Of a stretch of DNA of 64,000 nucleotides, positions 52,504-64,000 are shown in pieces (position 1 is the stretch's first letter; each line of letters opens with the position of its first letter). The notes beneath the pieces were generated by a model. It was not told where the DNA came from, did no database searches, and was given only the letters and a program-made list of their open reading frames with translations. The position numbers and the translations under genes were made by a program. The DNA comes from Octopus vulgaris (taxonomy: Eukaryota): NCBI GenBank assembly GCA_951406725.2, contig OX597816.1:89156001-89220000 (forward strand), read 5' to 3'.

Positions 52504-54289
52504 TTTAATCTATGACACTGCTTGGTATAATTTCGAAACTACCGTGAAAAAGTAAAGATCTTTTCAAAAGCTTCTAAAGCTAGAACAGTTATTAAATGTG
52601 ATACAGATAAAACACTATTCAAGTATTATTGTTAAGTTTCTTACTTATCAAATTGTTGTGTGCCATGTAATCCGAACTAAATATATGGAACCAAGAGAAC
52701 TCCCTCATTTTACTTGTGTTACAAGGCTGCATTTTATTAATTCAATCTCTGTCAATAATGACATTACAGAAAAAGAAACCACAACTGTGTCAATGAATCC
52801 TGAATCAAGAAAAATAAAATAATTTCCTTTGATTATCAGAGGTGTTCTACCCTTCTCAGTAGAAAAAACATAACAATATTTTTACGCTATACATTAAAAA
52901 AAAAAACAGTATAATATGATGGCATAAACTATACTGAGCCGAAGCAAATTATTAATAATATGTATTCATATTTCTGCATTTCGAGCCGAAATCTCGGTGT
53001 TGATTTGGCTTTCTTCTGTCTACAGTCAATAAGTAATTAAGAATAATTTTATCCAAATTAGTGTATCTTTCCCTGTAAGACATATATAAGGCCTTATATT
53101 ATGCAAACGGAAAAAAATACAGAACCTATGTATATGGTGTAAAATTCCATTAACTATTATTTCCTCACTCTATATTTCGGTATTAAATGAAATGGGTTCA
53201 ACTTTGCTTTTCATTCTGTCAGTGTTGATTAAATACGAGCTGCAATTTTATAACACCTGTCTTCAGTTACCTGTAACTTGTTCATAGTGCGGAAAGTTAT
53301 GGAATTTCATTGTCAAAATTAACGTGTTTAGAGAATCATAGTCTGAGATAGTCACATATGAAATGGGTGGATTCAGAATTCTAACATAAATACACAGACG
53401 CCCCAAATAAAGTATTGTCTCCAGGTCTAAAATACCCTGACATCACGCCGGAAAACTGAAACCTTAAAACTTTAATAGGAATATCGAGCATCATCGGATA
53501 TGCTTTCCAGATATGTCTTTGTGAGACATCAGTATTTGACAGATTTAGTTTTAGCAAAGATTAATTAAATAATTAAATTCATTAGATAATAAATATTACA
53601 GTCAGTTAAATCATATTATAACCAAGATTTTAAGATCCTATGGTCATATGCATTTCTCAGAATAGAAAAGCGAACACCATTCACTCCACAGTTCAGTATA
53701 TTCAAATATTGCCATCATGCCCTAGTTTAGCTTTAACCACTCCAAACTTGATAAATGAAGTACCAGCAACATATTTTTGTATGTTATCCAATCGATTGTA
53801 TCCACTAATACCTCACAAACAGAAGTATTGCACATGTTTAAAAAGGAAATCAATAAATCGTTGGTTCTGTTCTTGTGATCTTGCGTAAAATTATCCATCT
53901 TTCATCTAAGGCTTATTGAATATCCATTTATCCATTCGTTATTAAAATTTATTTCTATAGAGTTATATCAATAACACCAGAATAAAAGGCTAAAAGGCAC
54001 GAGGTTAATAACTGAATCCATTTTAATATATGAACTTATCTTGTGTTGGCTACTATTGCGTTTAAACCGTAGAAACTATTTTATTTTAATGCAATGCTAT
54101 GCATATATTATTTACACCCACGTTTATGTGTGTGGGGGGGACAGAGAGAATATGAGTTGTTTAGTTCACTGGTGATCGAAATGAATAGGTACGCTGAATA
54201 AGTGCTATAATTAGTCATCCGTTAGGTTCCAAGATCACAGCTGAGGCTGGATCTAGGTATCCATATTAGACTTCCGTATTAGTTGGTAT

Positions 54290-55004
54290 ATATTAAAGGA
54301 AAAGTACAACAAAAACCAAGGCAGAACAGTATCTCAAGTCATTTATAATAATTCAGGGAAAGGTGAGTTTGAAGTCGTACAACTGTTTCTGGAATATCCC
54401 GAGTGATAGGCTATCATGTCTGTACACTGAGTATACCGCCATCAGAGGCAAGGCGAGTATGTATGAAAGTTCCATACAGTGAAATTCGCAGTATATAAGG
54501 AATAGAATAGAAGCATAAAGAGTAAAAATAGATAGAATACAGACAGGAGATTAAAAGTCACAGTTCATCCTTTTCCAGAGGGTATGAAGGTTGGTCCGTA
54601 CATCTGTGAAGGTATAGGCCTTTAGGTATAATCCCAGGTAAATCCAGGTATAATCCCAAGTAATCCCAGATAAATTCAGGCAGTATTACGGCAGTATTTT
54701 GAATGATGCGTTCATGTTGAAGTAATAGATTAAGTAATGGACTAACTAACCCCATTACTTCAACATGAGCACATCATTCACAATACTGCCAAAATACTGG
54801 ATGGATTTACATGAGAGTTTTTCTTTTTCATATATACTCACTTTGTCTCTGATGACGGAATACCCAGTGTACAGACATGCAAGCCTATCACTTGGGATAT
54901 CCCAGAAACAGTTGCAAGACTTCAAATTCACCATACCCTAATATATTATAAATGACTAGAGATACTCGTCCTGCCTTGGTATTTGTTGTTCTTTTCCTCT
55001 AATA
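54290..55004. repeat. Fold-back element: ~175-bp inverted arms each carrying a hammerhead, plus an internal hairpin
   Basis: 54290-54465 is approximately the reverse complement of 54826-55004. Plus-strand motif gtct-CTGATGA-cggaatacccagtg...cacttgggatatccca-GAAACAGTTGCA-agac (54845-54920). Minus-strand motif at 54374-54449 has GUA. Inner inverted repeat 54690-54726 / 54753-54790. Confidence 0.85.
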
Positions 55005-55705
55005 TGTGTGTGTGTTTGCACACCACACCACATCACATCACACCACCCTGCTCACAGTAGCACTGACCACTTCCCAGCACCTACACCATCATCCACACGT
55101 ACGCGTACGGACATACACGCTCTTACATACATACGCACGTGCATCTTCGTTTTGGGATCACCACTACTTTATTATCTCCTCTTCTTCCACATTGTTTTGT
55201 ACCTCGTCCTTTCACTCACAGTCTCATCTCTTGCCCGTCTCATTTTGTAATGGTTTGGTCCCATTCCCGGCAAGTTTCATGCCGGTGTCTCCAGAGTGGG
55301 AGCAATATTATTGATAATGGGCGAAATTGCGTTTGAAACTCTGGCCGATAACTGATGAAGTGTTTGTGGCCTTCAGTGTTTTCTGTTCGCCTGTGTATTT
55401 AGTATATGTTCGTCTCTTTATCTACTACACGTTTTTGTGAATTATATATATAGGTAAGTCATATTTTCCGTTTGTTGTCTTCTTTATATTTAATCTTGAA
55501 AATATTATTTATGTAATGCACATACACTTTAATTTTTTACTTATATATATTCTATATCTATCTATCTATATATATATATATACACACACATATGTATAGT
55601 ATTGTGCAAATACATATATATATGTGTGTGTGTGTGCGTATGCACAATATTATACATATGTATTTATACATATATATATATACATATATATATACGTATA
55701 TACAT

Positions 55706-55833
<128 letters not shown>

Positions 55834-56386
55834 GAAGAGTGAGAGAGGAGGGTCTCACTGAATCGATGTCTTTTTTACACTTCTCTAAAATTCTTATTTT
55901 CACACGACTTGATGTATTTGTGTTCCAATGTAATTTGAGTATTCACCATTCTTGGGTTGGTACATGGAGACAGTTCAGAGTTCCCAGTTCTATTACAAAA
56001 GATGTTTGGTTAAACCGGCACCAATATTGCTCAAGTCATTGGAAATCACGGAAAGACAGAGTAACTAAGTTCATTCCTAATTATAGAAGACAGGCTAAAT
56101 TGAATTCGTGACGCAGTAGAGTATGTTTTCTTCCTTTTTAAATGAGTATATATTATTCGTCTCCAACGGCTAGAAGTGCGTAAATGGTTAAGAGTGCGGA
56201 TGTATGTTTCTGCTTATATATGTTGTCCTGTTACTATATATGCAGAGATATAGGTATATATTATATGTGAATATGTGTGTGTGTATATATGTATATGTAT
56301 GCATGTCTATGTGTGTCTGCGTGTGTTTGTAGATTATATCCGTGTGTATGTATATACATATATACATATATACTTATATACATACC

Positions 56387-56444
<58 letters not shown>

Positions 56445-56761
56445 CGCAACTCTATCTTTAAACAACTTTGTACCGATAACTAACTGTCCAGGTATCTACT
56501 TTCGTATCGCTATATCTATATACATTTTTCCGTATTAGATCTCCTATCCATCTATCTATTTGACTATCTATCTATTTATCTATCTATTTATGCGCGCTTT
56601 CATTATTGCGCGTGCAATTTGAAATACACCAGCGAAAATAGACCCAGTTATGTTTGTGTGTTGTTACTGAGGCACGCATAAATATACAAGAACAAGTATA
56701 TATACACACATATGTGCGTATTTGTGTGTGAGTGTGTGCATGAATATGTGTGAGTGTGTAC

Positions 56762-56810
<49 letters not shown>

Positions 56811-57099
56811 TACACACACACACGAGAAAGATATACTACTACAGAAGATGTGTATACATATAACTAAATGTGTAACTCGGCGTGTGTGAATCGGCTTGTA
56901 TCTATGTATGGAGATAATATGGTGCGACATATTGGCTGAGATGTTAAATTGTGGTCATGTTCCAGGAAAAAGCTATAAACACTTTACGAATTACTGTGTT
57001 CTTTATAGCTTGTGATATTTATTTATGTATACATATATGTGTGTGTGTGTGTGTGTATGTATGTATATGTATATATACGTATATGTGTATATATGTAAA

Positions 57100-58955
57100 A
57101 CTACAAGGGCCTTAAGGTAAAATGCTTCCCTGACGAAAGGCACCAATCGCCTCCAAAGAAAAAATATGCAAAAGCTCTCCGTTCTTCAGATATTATGCGC
57201 CAGGTATTAGCTGAGCAAGAGTCATTTTTGTGCATGGCGCAAAAGATTGTGCAGCAGCTGATCTGGCTACATCAAGCGCAAACAATGAACTTTGCCCACC
57301 ACTGCGCAAGATTACCACCATCAACTGACACCTTATGGCCTTCCCTATCGCCTGCACAGACGTCACGCGAATATTTTTACTACTTTTTGGGATCCTGTTG
57401 CATCATAACAAAAAAAGTAATTTTTTTCCTGAGAGACCTTGCTGCATGCAATCAAATCCTATGCATCGCACTCGTGGAAACTCATTTGAGCCCTAATATA
57501 GAGGATGCAGAAGTACACGTACCAAAATATACTACACTGCAGACAGACAGAAGAGAAAGGAGCCATGGCGGAGTGGCTGTATACACTCCAGGTCTCACTG
57601 TCATACTCAAATTTAGTATGTGACACTCTAATTACTACATACGACAACACAATATAGTCATATGCAATACATATCGCCCACCGACTGCTCCAAACTACAT
57701 AGGAAAGTTTGAAGATTACCTCACGAGAATTAAAGAAATCCTCATGAACACCACTTGAGCGTATTTCTTATGGGTGAATTGAACTTCCCCAATGTCAAAT
57801 GGCCCGAAGGCCTCATGCTCTCAGGAATGATACATTACAAACAAGCACAGGTCGAGTCCCTCCTCCTACCTCGGCAATGCCCTATTCATGGAGCAAGTTG
57901 TACTCACACCAACTGGGGCGAATATCATTTTGGATCTCTGCTTTACAAACAATATGGAACATCGTTCATGATGTGAAAATGACACCGACATTAGTCTCGG
58001 AACACAACATAATAGAGCTGTCTATGTATGGGCCAAAAGTAGCCAGAGACATGCAGCCTAAAGGAAGTATCCAAAATCTCTCCAATCTGAACTTCCATGA
58101 AGCTGACTGGAAATCGATCCAAAAAGATATCCTCAGCAGGACTGGCCGACATGTCTCTCCACACCCGACATTGGCATGAATCTAGAATATTTCGTGTCTG
58201 TTATGCAAACCATATGCCATTCCCAGAGCACAATGCCAACACAAAAATGAACAAGATCCCAAGGGAGAGGGAGATCGTCATGAGACGACGAACAAAGGTT
58301 GCAAATCGCCTCGGCCAACATTCCAAAAGTAGCGAAAGGTACCGCCTAAAAACAACACTGATGAAGATTGAAAAAAGCCTGCAGCAATCCTATGTGAGGG
58401 ACAGAGCAGACAAAGAAGCTGGTTTATAAAAAACATGAAGTCAAACCCAAAGGTCTTCTTTCATTATGCGAAAGAAACAGCCTCAGTACGCTGCAAGATA
58501 GGACCCCTCCTCCAAATGAATGGCTCCCTTAAAGACAGTCCAACGAGGATCAGTGAGGTACTGAGTGAACAGTTCAAAAGTGTCTTTACCACCCAGTTGG
58601 AACACAGACAAGTGAACAACTAGTAGATTTCTTTGCGGCCTCACCTATAACCAGTGAGACAGTTACAATGGAATACATCAACATTAGCGTAGAAGATATG
58701 CTACTAGCCATAGAGGAAGTTGACGCAAACTCAATTGCTGGTCCTGATGAGTTTCCCAGTATTCCTCCTCAAATCGTGTAAGTGTGCTTTGGCAAAACCT
58801 CTACAGATTCTCTCCCAGAGTTTTCTTGCAAAAGGCCCTCTCAGATATGCCCTCAACTGCCCAGATAGCCACCTTTGCTAGCTAGGTAGGCGATACGAAA
58901 GTCTTGCAGAAAATACAGAACCCCAGCGCTGTTGCACACCTGCTGCAGGAGTTGG
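57100..58955 (+). mobile_element. Decayed CR1-group LINE (probable ORF1 end, APE, start of RT)
   Basis: CIALVETHL...DRRERSHGGVAVY; TYRPP; MGELNFPNVKW; LDLCFTN; SEHNII; LNFHEADW; KSNPKVFFHY; AGPDEFP; DTKV. Many frameshifts. Confidence 0.85.
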
Positions 58956-60608
58956 GAGTGAGAAAGTTTACGTTTATGGATATGGAAAGTTCTATCTCAA
59001 GGTAGAAAAATTATGCAAATATAAGCATGCGATTACAGAAGAAATTAAAAGGGAAGTATATGGGTAGACGGGTACACTCATTCAAATACATACATACATA
59101 CATACATACATACATACATACATACATACATACATACATACATACATACATACATACATGCATACATACATAGGTATGTATCGTCATAGAAGTCAGTTGC
59201 CCTACAGCTATAAATATCTCTTTGAAAAATCAAAGAAAAGAGGATATCTATGGACAACTGCTTCGAAACCTCCAGCTTCTATATCCAGACTATGAATTCA
59301 TATTCATACCAATAATAATTGGAGCACTAGGTTTGATTAGTAAATGCTTAAAGGGAATCTGGATTGACTTGGATTTTCACAAAGAGAAATCGACCGGCTA
59401 ATTCGTGGATCACAAGTGCAATCTGTGATTGGAAGAGTAAAAATATGCAAGACTTTTCTGAAGTTCCAAATGTGAGTTTGTTCGTGTTAACTACATCTCA
59501 AAGATGGAGCCTTGTATCTTTGTTGGAAACCGGCGCAAGATCCATGGATCGAGGTGTAGGAAGAAAGTGTGCTTCAAGCAACCCGTAGTAAATATAAAAA
59601 ACAACTTTCTGGAATAATAATGGTTTATAGGTGCGGAAGGTTGTGACTTTTTTCTGTATCGAAGTACGATAACCAGGAAAAAGTCATTATATAGTTCACG
59701 GCTGGCAGCCAGGGTTGCCAGGTATGTGAATAAAAAACAAGAGGTAAGGAATGGAATAGATAAAATCCGGGCTACATATGTTTCGTAGCGAACGGAATCT
59801 CGGAAATGGTAAATATCCCAGCAAGGAGTTTACCGCAGGCTACTCTTCATGTTTAAGGAAACTTCATGTAATAAAGATATCCTTGTCCAGCGGTATACAC
59901 CTCTTTTGGATATTTACCACTTCCGAGGTTCAGCGCGCTATGAATCATAGGAAGCCCAGATTTTATATACTCCAATACTTAACTGTTGGATTTAATACGC
60001 GCACGCACGCACACACACACACACACACATACACATATATATATATTTGCACACACAAATACACAAAAGCCCGTATACAAATGTACTCGGACAGAGCAGA
60101 TATAGGGGAGTTTCTGTATGTATGTATATATAGTCACACATACGTGTGGTGGCTTAAGTATGTATATAAGTGGTGACCACCAAAGTTGTTGGATTAAGAG
60201 GGTGAGGAGAACGAAAGTTTTGTAAGGTCATCGAGATAAAGGAATAATCGTAGAAAATTGAGGTTACGTATTGGTTGCTCATTTCTCAGGCGTTGTGTTC
60301 TTTAGTTGGGGTGTGGGTCAATGCGCAAGCGACACGCATTGACGCACACCCCAACTCATATAAACAAAAACACAAAAACACCTAAGAAGTGAGGTGACCA
60401 AATACTTACTCCAGTATTCTCAGATTCTTCTCTTGTCTCTTAGTCAATCTCAATGATCTTAAAAATCTTATATATACACACATACGCAAACTCCCCTAAC
60501 TCTGCTCTATTTGTAAAGTACATTTATATACGGGCGTATATTTATATGTATATATATAAATATGAGTGCGTGAGTTTGTGCGTGTGCATGTGTGTATACA
60601 TGTGGATG

Positions 60609-60682
<74 letters not shown>

Positions 60683-60837
60683 TGTATGTATGTATGTATG
60701 TATGTATTTGAACGACTGTATACGTTTACCCATATTCCTTCCTTTTAATTTCTACTCTAAACGCATGCGTATATTTCCATACATTTTCTACCTTGGGATA
60801 GAACTTACCATACCCAACGACGTAAATTTTCTCACCC
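58956..60837. repeat. Nested degenerate palindrome (three pairs of inverted arms)
   Basis: Outer: 58956-59170 versus 60655-60837, including (CATA)n/(TATG)n. Middle: 60065-60130 versus 60470-60540. Inner: 60240-60326 versus 60336-60430. Confidence 0.75.
59172..59610 (+). mobile_element. RLE-type (R4-like) retrotransposon 3' relic abutting (CATA)n
   Basis: [15 protein letters not shown]...EKEDIYGQLLRNLQLLYPDYEFIFIPIIIGALG...VQSVIGRVKICKTFLKFQM*, with frameshifts. Confidence 0.75.
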
Positions 60838-61606
60838 ATAACGCCTGTATGTTCTGAAAACGTAACTTTCCCGAAAAAGGTTCACTTCATATTCAAAATT
60901 CTGATGAAGATATAGGATGATATCCTGGTACTCAACTAAGAGTCCACCACATCCTATAACAACACACACACACACACACTCTCTCTCGCTCCCTTTCTCT
61001 CTCACACACACACAGACACAGACACACACATATATATCGAATAAAGTGGAGAAAATAGAGTTGACAAATCTTAATTGCTTTTCAAACCTACTTTCAAACA
61101 TCGTCTCGTATTTCACAGGTTAATTTGCTGTAATATTTTAGAGATAGATTTTGACACGATGTCACAAGGAAAGAAAGTCATGGGAGTTTTAATAATGATA
61201 ATTACGAAAAGTGTTAATCTGGCAGCATGCTAAACAAATACAGCGGTTGTATAAGAGCACTGCTAATAGGCCTAATTATAATTTTGGATAATTTTTACAC
61301 TGTGATCGTGGCAGAGAATTTAAAATATTTTCTATTCCTGTCTATGTTTCATTCCTTATTTTCTGACACGTAAACCTATTTACTAATTATCGATGGAGTA
61401 AGCAGCGTATTTTCCATTAAGGAATGTGTTATAAGCTATACCCTTTCAAAAACTAGAAATCTTTTGGCCTTTGCTGCGATCTCTACTTCAATACACAAGG
61501 CAAATATAAACAAATGACTTTATCCAAATATATTCTCTAGAGACAAATACGGAGATTAGCCAGAGCAGTCCCGGATTTACCTGGAAATCTTATGATGAGA
61601 CACGTA

Positions 61607-62116
61607 CCGTAAATCCTCAAATATAATCCGCATTTTTTTCCCAAAATTTAGAGGTCAAAATCCCTAGTGCGTACCATATACGAGGTTAAAAATGAAAAAT
61701 ATTTTCTAAGCAATGTCCGAGTCTCTATTTGCTAACCGGCAATGTTTATTCAGACGCATTTTGTGATATCGGGCGCCAAAATACCTTAAGCTAAGCCTGA
61801 AAGCAATGAAGCCATAAAAGAATCATCCTAACTTGCAATAAGCAACATTTATTAAACACTATTATTGTTATTTCTTTATTTTCTGCAAACAAAATTCACA
61901 AAAATGCTACACGTTTGCATTATGTTATATATACAATAATAATACAGGACGTTACCGTATTCATTTTTACAAACCAAGTATGTTATATAGACCTCCTTGA
62001 CTCAAGTTAGAGAAGGGGTGTGTATTATACACAAGGTTTAGGTTTTTCAGAGGTACAGCCCCCAAAAATCCTCTGCGTATTATATTCAAGGGCCGACTAT
62101 ACTCGAGGATTTACGG
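61607..62116. mobile_element. pogo/Tigger-like MITE
   Basis: TIRs CCGTAAATCCTCAAATATAATC and GACTATACTCGAGGATTTACGG, TA on both sides. About 510 bp, non-coding. Confidence 0.85.
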
Positions 62117-62498
62117 TATAAATTTGTTTGCATCCGCGGAGAAATATAGCATATACCTATTTATGTAGTCACATCAGATAATGACTTCAATAAATTGATA
62201 AAACTCGTTGGCATCTAGATCAAGCATATTACTAATGATACAGCAGAAAGATTATTTTGAATATTGAATATATATTATAAGAAATGTCCCATATGGTTAA
62301 TCAAAAACATGAAAAGATTTAAGCAAAAACATGTCTACAAATCTCTCTTTAAACAGAAAGAGTGGTATTCGGGGTATAAGTTCAAATCACTTGAGCGCTA
62401 CGAAGTATTTTCCATGTTGAAAATTTCTGTATCTCATCTACTGACTCTTTCTCTCTCTCTCTCTCTTTCTCCCTCTCTCAACACACAGACTCGCACAT

Positions 62499-62530
<32 letters not shown>

Positions 62531-62936
62531 TACACACACATACATATAAATACTTATATGTGTATCTCTATAGAAATATATACACACAAATATTTAAGTA
62601 TACATATGAAGAGGAAAGAGAGAGAGAGAGAAAAGACTTGAAAGAGAAAGAGAGAACGCAAGCATAGTGAGACAAAGACAAAGTTCGGAAGCACTTTTCA
62701 AAAACGGGGATAAATGCGGAAATATCTTACCCCCGTGAGTAAACAAAGCATTAAGATGACAGGCGCGACAAAAGCTAGAAAAACAAGCAACAGGTTTAGT
62801 GCATCAAATATTCAATTTAGTTCCATAACCAATTATTTTTGGTAAACAGAATCAGTCAAAAGGAATCTGTAATTAAGTAATGAAGTAGGTAAACAATTGA
62901 ATTTCCCTATAGAAAGGCTGTGAGAAATATGCTTAA

Positions 62937-63009
<73 letters not shown>

Positions 63010-64000
63010 TAAAAGGATCAAGAAACGAATAAATTTTTAAATGAAAGTAGAAATGCAAAAAAAACAATTGCAAATAAGCGTATGAAATCTCACAAGAATT
63101 TGTGCAATATTTGGAAATCTTTTATCCTGAATTCTTCAAATATTCGAAATTATGTCAGTTCGTTAACCTTCTGCCATTTGTTGAATCCTGTCGAACAATA
63201 AATTTCCACATAAAAAAAATCTTACGCAGAAAGTAAATGCATCTCAAAGAATAAGAACATATGGCAATATTTTACGCGCACCAACATATTGATTCATTAT
63301 TTCAACTACGTGAAAGTGTTACTATATAATTTGTACTTGGAACTATGAGCCATCTTCTATTTCCATGTATGTTAATGTAAACTTATTAACTGTTTCTTGG
63401 GATGATGACATTTACTGGAAGCAAGATAAGAACTAGGAAAGATAAGTTTCAGGGTTTTGCCTCAAACGAAACATAACATAGTGTCATTGTTACTATGCAA
63501 ATATGTAAGTCGGGTGATGAGCAGTCAAATAATCTGTTGCAACTCGTATGCTACGCAAGGGCATCCGTGGGAGATTTAACTTCAAAATAACTCTTCATGG
63601 AGCAGTGAAAATGACCTGGTGTTAATTCTTGGTTGTGCAATTCCATGTTAACTAGCGTTTCTTATCTATTTCATAAGAGCATGATTGTTACGTATTATGA
63701 TCCCTCGTTTGTAAAGTAGTCATATTGAAATAAAACAAATAAGCTGTGGTGATGGAAGATAAATCCCAGTCAAGCAGATTTGATTACCTGATTCTATTGA
63801 AGAAAAGGCAGGAAAAAAATCATGCAATCCTAAACTGCTTTTAGCTGCAGATTCATGGTATTATCTCAGTATCAGAGGCCGTTAGAATTACTTCAGATTT
63901 TATCGACGCCTTCAACTAAGTGATTCGAAGCCATCCGATGTTAATTTATATTGCTAATGCTGTTGAGAAAGGCATGGATGTTACACAATCTCGTATCCTC

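Overview
AT-rich, microsatellite-dense animal genomic DNA. The repeat families resemble those of octopus (cephalopod mollusc); that assignment is an inference. I can support no host protein-coding gene, and most ORF-track entries are translated microsatellites. The window is dominated by mobile elements: one 5'-truncated R4/Dong-clade non-LTR retrotransposon with an open RT-CCHC-RLE frame (40785-44091) set in (AAT)n, seven further R4-like relics, CR1-group and Tx1/L1 LINE fragments, Tc1, mariner, pogo-like and hAT-like DNA elements, tRNA-derived SINEs, and two Penelope-like (GIY-YIG) relics. The most notable unannotated signal is about 14 type I hammerhead-ribozyme-like motifs (CUGANGA...GAAA with a palindromic stem III and a GUH site), many degenerate. 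Many lie in fold-back inverted repeats. One belongs to a tRNA-headed (Pol III A/B box) SINE-like element with an inverted partial copy (26880-27345), suggesting Penelope-dependent, ribozyme-bearing non-autonomous elements. Coordinates were read by eye and may be off by a few bases.
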